This document shows positions 9,957 through 18,751 of a stretch of DNA of 64,000 nucleotides, one piece after another. This DNA is from an uncultured bacterium (GTDB taxonomy: Bacteria > Hydrothermota > Tepidihabitantia > Tepidihabitantales > Tepidihabitantaceae), in assembly GCA_964590395.1 (NCBI GenBank), contig CAZPVT010000021.1, positions 1,329 through 65,328 on the forward strand, given 5' to 3'. The notes beneath the pieces were generated by a model. It was not told the origin of the DNA, did not search any database, and saw only the letters and a program-made list of their open reading frames with translations. How positions within the stretch are numbered: the first letter of the stretch is position 1; the number at the start of each line of letters is the position of its first letter. Position numbers and translations under genes: made by a program.

Positions 9957-11381
9957 TTACCGGACCGGGGGTGCGCTGGGTTGAGTTGCCTTTACCGCCG
10001 GCACCGCCAGGTCCGCAGGTGCTTCGGGTGCAACTGGAAAACGCAGGTGCTCATCACCTTTTCTCAGTCCGATCACCCGGTAGAAAAATCCCGCGCTGGA
10101 TTTGCCATTCTGCAGTTCATAGACATCAAAACCGGTGGCGTCAGTTTTGACATAGACACCATTACACTCATCGGCCAGGGTTACGAACACCAGTAGAGGC
10201 CGGTCTTGAGTTACCGCGACACAGTCCAGAAACAGTGGATCAAGATTGACCCGGCAATGGCCATTCACCAGCCGGGCAGAGCCAAAGTCCTCAAAGTAGG
10301 GCTGGGGTGATTCCGGAGCAAAAAGTACCCGTTTGCCCGCGCGGGTGTTCATAATTGTTGATTTATTCCCGTCACTGAGGATGCCGTATCTGGTCCCGGC
10401 GTGATGATAGGCGATATAGGCATACACGGTATCGGTTCCGGTGCCATAGGTGCGAAAATAACCACCGCCCCGGTTGCCGGTTAAATTTCGTGCCAGACCA
10501 TAAACGCCGATGGTTGAACCATTGAACGCACCCCCACAACCACTGGCAAGGGTATAGACCGTATCCTGAATGCCATTGCCCATTGAGGCAACACCGGTAC
10601 CGGTGGCACTGCTGGCATAGCCGAAAAGTCCAAAATCCTTAGCAGAAAATGTGCCCCCAGAACCACTGGTTAAATAGACTAAGGGGTCGTTATTACCACT
10701 GCCACCGATCGCGGTTCCTTTTAAGTGGGAGTTGTGTCCCCGGACACCGAAGTTGGAATCACCCTGAACTCTGCCGAAGACCCCGGCGTTGCTGTTGCTG
10801 TTTGATTGACCGTAGAGTGCAGCACTGCCCGTGACGCCACTAGCATAAGCGGCAAACTGCCCCTGTGCCCAACCGTTTCCTGAGATGTAGAAGTTGGCAC
10901 TGCCCTGCAGGTTATTCTGATTATAGATGAACTGGTGGGCATGTCTGCCATCAAGCATATCCGCATTGTCCGCTCTTGCCGATTGGATGCTGTAGGGCAT
11001 TGAGGTGATCTCAGTGCGGGGTAAAAGCACCTGGCTATTAACCGTTAATTGAAACCAGCGGCGCAAGCCAAGCCGGAAAATCGTGGTGTCCGCCTCGGCA
11101 AGTTGCAGTTTGAGGTTAAAAATTCCCTGCTGGACTGAAACCGGATTGAGTATCCACTGTTTAAGCAGGTTCCCGCCGTTTTCCGAATCATAAATACCGA
11201 TGCCCATTGACACATTGGCATTAATCGGGTTGCCAGTTGGGTCGGTCAAGTAGCCCTGATAGTTGAGGAACATCGGCACGCCATCCTGAAACCCAATTTC
11301 AGCCCTGGGTTGCATTGGCAGGTCGGTGGCAAAGATAAAACCAGCCATCACGACCAAAATTACTGATAATAATTTTATCAT
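9957..11381 (-). CDS. secreted Gly-rich fibre/beta-helix-like protein
   Basis: Signal peptide; LNYQGYLTD N-domain; ADNADMLDG; GVxG repeats; C-terminal APESP..FEDFG.A.LVNG domain resembling tail-fibre-like proteins. Confidence 0.65.
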   Translation of the reverse strand: MIKLLSVILVVMAGFIFATDLPMQPRAEIGFQDGVPMFLNYQGYLTDPTGNPINANVSMGIGIYDSENGGNLLKQWILNPVSVQQGIFNLKLQLAEADTTIFRLGLRRWFQLTVNSQVLLPRTEITSMPYSIQSARADNADMLDGRHAHQFIYNQNNLQGSANFYISGNGWAQGQFAAYASGVTGSAALYGQSNSNSNAGVFGRVQGDSNFGVRGHNSHLKGTAIGGSGNNDPLVYLTSGSGGTFSAKDFGLFGYASSATGTGVASMGNGIQDTVYTLASGCGGAFNGSTIGVYGLARNLTGNRGGGYFRTYGTGTDTVYAYIAYHHAGTRYGILSDGNKSTIMNTRAGKRVLFAPESPQPYFEDFGSARLVNGHCRVNLDPLFLDCVAVTQDRPLLVFVTLADECNGVYVKTDATGFDVYELQNGKSSAGFFYRVIGLRKGDEHLRFPVAPEAPADLAVPAVKATQPSAPPVR

Positions 11382-11447
11382 TCTTTTCCTCCTTCTTTTT
11401 AAAATAAAATCTTACTTACCTCTTGTGCTCCTTCCCCCTTCGTTTAC

Positions 11448-11476
11448 ATTATACTTAAACCCAGGCAGTTTGTCAA
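11448..11476 (-). promoter_or_regulatory. consensus sigma70 promoter for the 11381/9928 gene pair
   Basis: TTGACA-17-TATAAT; SD AGGAGG before ATG 11381. Confidence 0.8.
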
Positions 11477-11726
11477 CAGGTTTAACTAATTCAGTTTTCA
11501 AAATATTTTTGTTTTTCTGAGCCGTAAACTGTCAGGCACTTTTTTATAATTTTATAAGGCAAATTCCAACTTTGTTATAAACCCAAAGCAAATGGGTTTG
11601 TTTACCAAACGCACAGAACACTAATAATATCTATTTATAAGCATACATTAAAGGACTGTTTTGATTGGTTATTTTGTTTTTAAGTCTTTGATTTTGTTTA
11701 TGTTATATTAATTTTTTTATCTTAAC

Positions 11727-11966
11727 CCACCGGGCAGTATAGAGGACGGTGGTAGATATCGTTTTGAAGGGGGTTATATTTAGGGTTGGTGTTGCGGTTG
11801 GAAGTTTGGTTTTGGGGTTGGTTTTTGTCATCCTATTGATGGGAGCAGTTGAAGTTGTCTTTGCCTTGGTTTTCAGCGGGGTTTAGTTTTGGGCATCGGT
11901 AAGGGTTGTCATACTGATTGGTGGAAGGGCAGTAGTGGCGGTAATTTGAGCAATTGTATGTGTGGT
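11727..11966. repeat. degenerate 12-bp-period array (AC in register on the minus strand)
   Basis: GT at 11737+12n in 14 of 20 consecutive units; the misses are GC x3, AT x2, CT x1. Confidence 0.8.
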
Positions 11967-11981
11967 AGTGATGGCGTTTTT

Positions 11982-12755
11982 TCAGGTCTCAGGTTCAGAG
12001 ACGATTTCGACCCGGAACTGCCAGCCATAGGACTGGAATCCGACCGCACGGGCGGTTGCGATCGAGGCGATGTTGCGTTCTGAGGTAATGTAGACCGGAA
12101 TTTTGTTTTGCTGCAAGACCGCCTGGGTAGCATAGGAGAGCGCGGTTTTGCCGTAACCTTCTCGACGTTTAGCAGGGATGGTGCCCGGAACGCACATTTC
12201 CGCAACCTCCTTGTCTAAGTGTGGAACCTGCCAGGTGCCGGCAACTGAAACTGGCTGGTCTTTGCCAAAAGCGGCATAGCAGGTGCCTTCTTTAATGCTA
12301 TGGTCAAGGTAACTGCCGTAAAGTCCAACTGCGGAGAGGAGCGGTATGTCAGCAATGGATATCTGGCGGCAGGGATGAAGGTTGTGAAGACGAAAACAGG
12401 TCGTGGTGACAAAGAGGATTGGACCGGATACGCTGGCAAGGCGATGTTTTAGTCCGAGTGTGTGAGCAACTACATTGAGGAGTTGCTGTTGTCCCTGCGG
12501 AGTATGGAATTCGCCGAGTGACATTCTGTTGGTCTGGTTGCGGACTGGGATTTCCAGTTTGTGCTGGACCGAGATGATACAGCGGTTGCCGGTGGCAATC
12601 AGGTAAAGGGCAAAGGTGTTGTGGTAGTTGATCTCGGGCTGATCACGTCGGTCCGAGGGGGCAACAACTACCGTGCCTGGGCTGACTTTGGTAAGGTCGC
12701 AGTCCAGGTAACGGGAGAAGAACTCATCGAGGATCGCCCTGACCGATCGCATCAA
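11982..12755 (-). CDS. GNAT-family N-acetyltransferase
   Basis: C-terminal T.PAKRREGYGKT acetyl-CoA motif and NIASIATARAVGF. Confidence 0.8.
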   Translation of the reverse strand: MMRSVRAILDEFFSRYLDCDLTKVSPGTVVVAPSDRRDQPEINYHNTFALYLIATGNRCIISVQHKLEIPVRNQTNRMSLGEFHTPQGQQQLLNVVAHTLGLKHRLASVSGPILFVTTTCFRLHNLHPCRQISIADIPLLSAVGLYGSYLDHSIKEGTCYAAFGKDQPVSVAGTWQVPHLDKEVAEMCVPGTIPAKRREGYGKTALSYATQAVLQQNKIPVYITSERNIASIATARAVGFQSYGWQFRVEIVSEPET

Positions 12756-12761
12756 CCGGTT

Positions 12762-13718
12762 TTATTCTTGGTTTTTTTTCTTATCAAACAGATCAAGGAA
12801 TCGGTCTTCATAGAGCGGGAAAAGTCCCCAACGGTCCAGTTCCTCTTTGAGTTCTTTTGCCTTAGAACGGTCGCGCTGTGCCTCTTCAAACAGTTTTTCA
12901 ATATGAGCCATCAGTTCGTGAGGTTCGGGTTGTTCTGACGGCGGCGTTTCTTCGCCGGGTTCGTGTTCATCAGCGGGTTCAGGGGAGCGGCGCAGGGTAT
13001 CAAGCGCTGCAGCAACCCGACGTTCAAATTCGCCCATCATCCGGTCGGCTTCGCGGATCCGTTCGTCAAGTTCGGTGGTGTCAATTGTGGTGTTTAGGAT
13101 CTTGCAGAAGACATCAATGATTGCTTTGGAGGCTTTTGGGTTGGGGGCTTCAATTGCGTACTGGGGCATAGTGGCAAGGAAACTGGCAGCCGGGATAGCC
13201 CGGGATTTGGCAAGTCCGAGCAAAAGGCCGTTGAGGCCGGAGATCCTGCCCTCTTTTAAAGGCTCAATACCGAGGTTGATAAACCGCTGGCGCAGGGCGG
13301 AATCGGTGGCGACCCCGAAGACCTGGGTCGGGTGGCGGTAACTCATTGGGGTGGCAAACGCAGCACCGGTAAATACTGTGTCGACACCGGCTCCCTGGGC
13401 GATGTCAAGGAGTTCACTGGCAATTCTTATTCCCGGTTCACCGCCAATCTGTGCTTCGCCTTCAAAGATGAACAGCGGTGGTTCATTAACATAGAAGATT
13501 ATTTGACGGGGCGGGTGTGGGATGGTGCCGATGCCATCTTCAACCTCAATTGCATCAGGCAGGAAATAAGGGGTGGCGTCAATTTCCGCATAGGGTTCGC
13601 CATGGAGTTTCATCCGCAGATAACTGGCGGCAAGAATGCCAACATGCCCCATTCCGGGCCAGCAGGCGATGAGCACCGGTGCCTGGTATCTTTTCGGCGT
13701 GTAGTATTTTATCGGCAT
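12762..13718 (-). CDS. PAC2-family (proteasome assembly chaperone-like) protein
   Basis: IACWPGMGHVG, GRISGLNGLLLG, PNPKAS motifs; charged C-terminal tail. Confidence 0.85.
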   Translation of the reverse strand: MPIKYYTPKRYQAPVLIACWPGMGHVGILAASYLRMKLHGEPYAEIDATPYFLPDAIEVEDGIGTIPHPPRQIIFYVNEPPLFIFEGEAQIGGEPGIRIASELLDIAQGAGVDTVFTGAAFATPMSYRHPTQVFGVATDSALRQRFINLGIEPLKEGRISGLNGLLLGLAKSRAIPAASFLATMPQYAIEAPNPKASKAIIDVFCKILNTTIDTTELDERIREADRMMGEFERRVAAALDTLRRSPEPADEHEPGEETPPSEQPEPHELMAHIEKLFEEAQRDRSKAKELKEELDRWGLFPLYEDRFLDLFDKKKNQE

Positions 13719-13799
13719 AGTATTATCATTTTAGCGAAAAAATAATTCTTATCAACCAATTTCATCATCAGATGGCTAAACGGTGGTGAGGAGGCAGTT

Positions 13800-15389
13800 T
13801 CAGCCTTGACCCAGCCGCTGAAAGAAGGCAAGCGCGACCGCGCTGACCTCTTTTATCTTCAAAAGACGGGCAAGGACATAGTAGAGGAAAATGCCGATTG
13901 TGCCTGTTACGAGCAGTTCTAAGAGTTTTAGAGGGAAGTGGGTCGGAAAAGGGAGTTGTTCAAAGGTGTGGGCGATAAGTGCGGTAGCAATGCCGGCAAT
14001 CAACGCGGCAATCAGGGTACGGAAAAAAACTGAGGTCGTGTGGCGGCGAAAAAGTTCTGGTTGACTGCGCGTGAGTAGGAGATAGAGTAGTACGAAGTTC
14101 AAAAACTGGGTTAGCGAAGCAGTAAGGGGGAAGGAGCGAAAACCGATAATCCGCATTAGAAAGAGGTTGATCAGGATGTTAGCGGTGACGACGATTATGG
14201 CAACTACGGTTGGGGTTCGGGTGTCGCCGGTAGCATAAAAACCGCTCGCACAGTTTCGGGTCGCTGCCGCCGGGAAAATGCCTAAAGAGTATAGAGCGAG
14301 CGCCTGGGCGGTAAGGCGGGTGTCAAGCGGAGTGAACCGGCCGTGTTCATAGAGCAGTCGAACAAGAGGTTGGGCAAGGACAAGGAGAAGCACCGCCGCA
14401 GGTATCGTGAGCACGGCAACCAGATTTAATCCGTGATTAAATTGGTCGGGGTCAATTTTGTCCGTGGCGGTGTGAGTCAGTTGTGCAAGAGCGACCGTGC
14501 CGATCGCCACGCCGAAAAGTCCGGCAGGCAGGTGCTGAATCCGGTAGGCGTAACTGACCCAGGTTATTGAACCCGTGGGCAGGAAGGTTAATAAAAAGGT
14601 GTTGATCAAAAAGTTGACCTGCCAGGTGGCAAGTCCTAATAGCATCGGTAGCCAGCGGCGAAAAACTTGACGCAGTTGTGGGTCGCGAAAATCCAATGCC
14701 AAAGTGTAGCGAAAGCCAAAGGCACGTACTCGGGGTAACTGGATTAAAAACTGGCAAACCGCACCGATAGTAACGCCGTAAGCCATGGCGAGAATCTCAG
14801 GGTGTCCGAGTTTAGTAAAGATGGAGTAGGTGGCAAGGGGAAAGAGTGCGGATAGGATGTTGAATGCTGCTGGAGCCACCGCTGGAGTAAAGAAACTGCC
14901 AGAAGCGTTAAGGATGCCCATTGCCCAAGCAGCAAGGGCAACAAATAAAAGGAAGGGAAACATAATTCTGGTGAGGGTGATGGTGAGAGAAAGTTTTTCG
15001 AAATCAGGCCGATACCCCCAGGCAACCAGTTTGACAATATAGGGCGCAAAGATGATGCCCGCGATAACTAAGGTGGTGATAACAAGCAGGATGGCGTTGA
15101 ACGTATTCGCGGCAAAATACCAGGTTTTCTTTTCGTCCCCCTGTCGCAGGCTCTGGACAAAGGTTGGGATAAACGCTGCGGATAGAGCACTTTCAGCAAA
15201 AAGGTCGCGGAAGAGGTTGGGAATGCGGAAGGCGACATTAAATGCGTCGGTGGTGACGCCGGCGCCGAAGAGATAGGCAAAGACCGACTCGCGCACGACA
15301 CCGAGAAGCCGGGAGATCAGAGTGCCGATAGTGAAGAGTCCAACCCGCCGGGTGAAGCGAGCAGAACTTATGTCAGTGTTAATAGGCAT
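13800..15389 (-). CDS. murJ: lipid II flippase MurJ
   Basis: SRLLGVVRE, DAFNVAFRIPNLFRDLFAE, YAYRIQHLP, FYATGDTRTP. Confidence 0.96.
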   Translation of the reverse strand: MPINTDISSARFTRRVGLFTIGTLISRLLGVVRESVFAYLFGAGVTTDAFNVAFRIPNLFRDLFAESALSAAFIPTFVQSLRQGDEKKTWYFAANTFNAILLVITTLVIAGIIFAPYIVKLVAWGYRPDFEKLSLTITLTRIMFPFLLFVALAAWAMGILNASGSFFTPAVAPAAFNILSALFPLATYSIFTKLGHPEILAMAYGVTIGAVCQFLIQLPRVRAFGFRYTLALDFRDPQLRQVFRRWLPMLLGLATWQVNFLINTFLLTFLPTGSITWVSYAYRIQHLPAGLFGVAIGTVALAQLTHTATDKIDPDQFNHGLNLVAVLTIPAAVLLLVLAQPLVRLLYEHGRFTPLDTRLTAQALALYSLGIFPAAATRNCASGFYATGDTRTPTVVAIIVVTANILINLFLMRIIGFRSFPLTASLTQFLNFVLLYLLLTRSQPELFRRHTTSVFFRTLIAALIAGIATALIAHTFEQLPFPTHFPLKLLELLVTGTIGIFLYYVLARLLKIKEVSAVALAFFQRLGQG

Positions 15390-15635
15390 AGCGGAGTATA
15401 ATCACAGATCGGCGTAAATGCAAAAAGAGCGGTTCTTTATTAGCAAGAAAAAGGCAAGGGTAAACAGACTGTTCAAAAGTCAATAGCGATTTATCTACAA
15501 GGAGTAAGTTAGGAACGGGTATTAGGCTTACGGCTAAAAGATAAGCATTTCGTTCGCGATAACCGGAGAGAGGTGAGCAGATTAAACTTGACAGCGATAG
15601 GGAAAATCTTTATCATTAGTTAAAGGAGCCTGTTA

Positions 15636-16172
15636 ATGTTTAAGCAAAATAAAGGTTTCACGCTCGTGGAGTTGTTGGTGGTTATCTTAATTCTAGGGGT
15701 GCTGATGGGAATGTCCGTACCGCGGTTTGCGGGTATCAGACAACAGGCGAGGATAGCGGCGATGAAAATTAATCTGCACAATGTGCAAACTGCAATTGAG
15801 ATCTTTCACCAGGAGTTTGGCTATTATGCAGAAGACTTTTATGAGGATGGTTATGGCTGTGTGTTCCCCGGGGGGGAGTATGATGTTAGAATAGGGAAGT
15901 TGCCCACCAACCCTTGGAACGGCAAAGAGATGGACCCAGATGAATTCAATCCTGAGGATTACGATGATATTACCGAGGTTGCCAACAAAGATGAGTATGG
16001 TCCCAATGATGTTTACGGTTATGACCCAGGAAACATAATTTATAAGGTGTATGACCCCCCTGGTTCGGCGTACCCGACCAATTATGGACTTTTGGGTATT
16101 GACCATAGCGGTTGTTCAATCCGGGATTTCACCCCAGATGGCGATGCGGTGATTTTTGTCTTGCACAATTAA
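15636..16172 (+). CDS. type IV pilin / T2SS pseudopilin-like protein
   Basis: KG|FTLVELLVV prepilin motif; own promoter TTGACA-17-TATCAT and SD AGGAG. Confidence 0.9.
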   Translation: MFKQNKGFTLVELLVVILILGVLMGMSVPRFAGIRQQARIAAMKINLHNVQTAIEIFHQEFGYYAEDFYEDGYGCVFPGGEYDVRIGKLPTNPWNGKEMDPDEFNPEDYDDITEVANKDEYGPNDVYGYDPGNIIYKVYDPPGSAYPTNYGLLGIDHSGCSIRDFTPDGDAVIFVLHN

Positions 16173-16236
16173 AGGTGGGTAAATTATGAGACGAAAACAG
16201 TTGACAATGGGTTGTAATAAATCTATAATTAACATT

Positions 16237-16779
16237 ATGCCCAGCGGTTTTGGGTACACGCAGGGGTTTACCCTGGTTGAACTGCTGGTGGTCATTTCTG
16301 TTCTGGGAATTCTCCTTGCCTTTCTTGTACCGACGATGATCTCCCGGGTCGCAACCAATGCCCGGCGCACTGTAACTCAGCAGGAGATGAATGTGCTCCG
16401 CGAAGCGATTATGGGTAATCCAGACCTGCGCGTCGGTGGCGAGATCGCAGGGTACGGATTTAAACAGGATGTCGGCAGGTTGCCGCGGGATCTGGTGGAA
16501 CTGGCAACCAGAAATCCGTTTGAGGGTATGTATGCTCCAAGGATGTATGTGGGAAAGGAGACGCTGCCAGCTTGGGATCCCTACATCAAACGGGGATGGA
16601 ACGGACCTTATATCCGTGAGGATGGGCAGATGGGTTATCTATATGATGCCTGGGGAACCGAATATCGCTTCTTGGTGGAAAATAACGAGACAGTAGGTTT
16701 GGTGAGTGCTGGGCCAGACGGACTTTTCTGGGGTCAGCCCGGCGCAGTAAAAAATGATGACATAAGAGTCAGATTTTAA
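16237..16779 (+). CDS. GspG-like pseudopilin
   Basis: QG|FTLVELLVV; GWNGPYI...DAWG.EY...SAGPDG. Start moved to ATG 16237 because TTGACA-17-TATAAT occupies 16201-16229. Confidence 0.88.
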   Translation: MPSGFGYTQGFTLVELLVVISVLGILLAFLVPTMISRVATNARRTVTQQEMNVLREAIMGNPDLRVGGEIAGYGFKQDVGRLPRDLVELATRNPFEGMYAPRMYVGKETLPAWDPYIKRGWNGPYIREDGQMGYLYDAWGTEYRFLVENNETVGLVSAGPDGLFWGQPGAVKNDDIRVRF

Positions 16780-16789
16780 GGGGGGGAGA

Positions 16790-17599
16790 GTGAAAAGCAA
16801 TGGCAAGGATAGCGGGCTAACCCTGATTGAACTGCTGGTTGTGATTATGATTCTCAGCCTGATTCTTACCGCGGCGATTCGAACCTGGGATGTTACCTTA
16901 GAACGGGGTAGATTTGAGCAGACCCGACAGAAACTCGACCGCCTTGCCAAAGTTATTAGCGGTGACCCGGATTATGTTGTCGAAGGGATGAGAGCGGATT
17001 TCGGCTTTGTCGGTGATATGGGAGCTTTGCCGAGGAGCCTGAGTGACCTTACCACCAAGCCCAGTTGGGTAACTCCCCCGGAGAGCAGTCGCTGGCGCGG
17101 ACCTTATATCAAATCAACGTTTTCGGAGTCGCCAGAGGGCTATCGTATAGATGGTTGGGGGGACACGATAATTTTTAGCCGAGACAGTCTTTTCCTAAGG
17201 AGTTATGGTGGAGGAGGTTTAGTCGACCGGCAGAAATGGCTAACAAGACCGCTGGGTTACAGTTTAAATGATTTACTCCACAATTTGGTTACCGGAATCG
17301 TTCTGGATCAGCGAGGGGTACCCCCACCGGATACACTTTTACCCCGTCTGGTAGTGCAGTTAGAGTATCCACGCCAGGGTGTTTTATACCGGGATTCTTA
17401 TACCCCGGCAGCCGGAAGTAACGGAATGTTTGAGTTCCGGGATGTCCCGCAGGGAGTTCAAATACTCAGGGTTATGTTCTGGTATTATTATCCGCCGCCA
17501 CCACGGTGTGATACCGTTGTAAAGAATGTGGTGGTTTTCCCGCGCGCTGGGGCGCGAGGTATTGAGGTTAGATTAAATTTAGATTGGAATAACCCGTGA
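16790..17599 (+). CDS. pilin/pseudopilin-like protein
   Basis: SG|LTLIELLVV; DFGFVGDMG.LP, WRGPYI, DGWG. Confidence 0.87.
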   Translation: MKSNGKDSGLTLIELLVVIMILSLILTAAIRTWDVTLERGRFEQTRQKLDRLAKVISGDPDYVVEGMRADFGFVGDMGALPRSLSDLTTKPSWVTPPESSRWRGPYIKSTFSESPEGYRIDGWGDTIIFSRDSLFLRSYGGGGLVDRQKWLTRPLGYSLNDLLHNLVTGIVLDQRGVPPPDTLLPRLVVQLEYPRQGVLYRDSYTPAAGSNGMFEFRDVPQGVQILRVMFWYYYPPPPRCDTVVKNVVVFPRAGARGIEVRLNLDWNNP

Positions 17600-17607
17600 G
17601 GTGTAAT

Positions 17608-18729
17608 ATGAAAAAGCCGTTCAATGGGTTTACCCTGATGGAACTTTTAGTGGTTTTGCTGATCATCGGGATTTTAAGCACAGTGGCACTACGTACGATT
17701 GATGCAACCCGGGACCGTTCTCTGTTTGACCAGACAACCAAGGAGATGCGGGAGTTGGTGAATGCAATGGTGGGTAATCCAGAGATTACTGCTAATGGTC
17801 ATCGGATTGATTTTGGCTTTTTTGGTGATATGATGAGATTGCCCAATGATTTACGGGAACTGGTGGAAAATACTACCAATTCTCCCAACTGGCATGGTCC
17901 TTATCTCCGGCGCGAGCTTCTCCAAGATTCCATCGGCTATCAGTTTGATGCTTGGGGAAATCCGTACACTTACAACTCAGTCACCGGAACAATCGCAACT
18001 CTGGGCAACGGCAAGTTTCCAATGACGATGAGAGTAGTTGATTCAATTCCCCATTTGACGAACAACACCATCACCGGTAATATTACTGATGCAGAAAACA
18101 ATCCTCCGGGCGAGAAGGCCCCAACCGTGGGGGTTTATCTGTATTTACCAAACGGGACCGTCTATTTCACCCGGCCAGATGCAGGTGGTTATTATGAATT
18201 TACGCCCGCGACACATGGTCCTATTCCGGTCGGACATCACAAGATTACCGCGAAGCGCCCGGGTGGTGATTCAATTGTTAAGTGGATTACTATTGTGCCG
18301 CGGAGTAAGTCAATTATTGATTTTCGTTTTACCAAGTCTTTTCGGAACTACCTGCAGATAGTCGGGGCACCGGTACTTTCCGGTGACAGTTCCGGCTTTA
18401 CCATAAAAATAGTAAACCCGGGCGGTGATCCTGATACCGTGAGATGGATTAAGTTTCAGGATGCTCCGGATAGTGCGTATATGACCTGGCTGTACATCCG
18501 CAATCACGAGCAGCGACAATGGGAATATAATCCGCGACCGGGAAAGGGAGATTCCTTTAACATTATGCCCTCGTTTTTGGTCGTTCAACCGAACAGCGAA
18601 GAGATCGTTGAATTCAGTTTTTACAACTTTACCAAGACACCTACCGGTGGTGACAAAAGAAACATCTTTAATGAGTTGTTTAGATTGCGATTTAGCGATG
18701 GCTCGGAATTTAATGTCCGGCCGCGATGA
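17608..18729 (+). CDS. large pilin/pseudopilin-like protein with C-terminal beta-sandwich domains
   Basis: NG|FTLMELLVV; DFGFFGDM.RLP, WHGPYL, DAWGNPY. Confidence 0.87.
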   Translation: MKKPFNGFTLMELLVVLLIIGILSTVALRTIDATRDRSLFDQTTKEMRELVNAMVGNPEITANGHRIDFGFFGDMMRLPNDLRELVENTTNSPNWHGPYLRRELLQDSIGYQFDAWGNPYTYNSVTGTIATLGNGKFPMTMRVVDSIPHLTNNTITGNITDAENNPPGEKAPTVGVYLYLPNGTVYFTRPDAGGYYEFTPATHGPIPVGHHKITAKRPGGDSIVKWITIVPRSKSIIDFRFTKSFRNYLQIVGAPVLSGDSSGFTIKIVNPGGDPDTVRWIKFQDAPDSAYMTWLYIRNHEQRQWEYNPRPGKGDSFNIMPSFLVVQPNSEEIVEFSFYNFTKTPTGGDKRNIFNELFRLRFSDGSEFNVRPR

Positions 18730-18751
18730 GATTTTGACATAAGGAGGCAAA

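Noticed and set aside
9957-11381. Prophage remnant suggested by the tail-fibre-like domain
   Set aside because: The protein has a signal peptide and a host-type promoter, and no other phage genes are nearby.
15424-15590. Possible riboswitch (e.g. c-di-GMP) upstream of the pilin cluster
   Set aside because: No recognisable aptamer motif, and the promoter sits immediately before the SD, leaving no room for a leader RNA.
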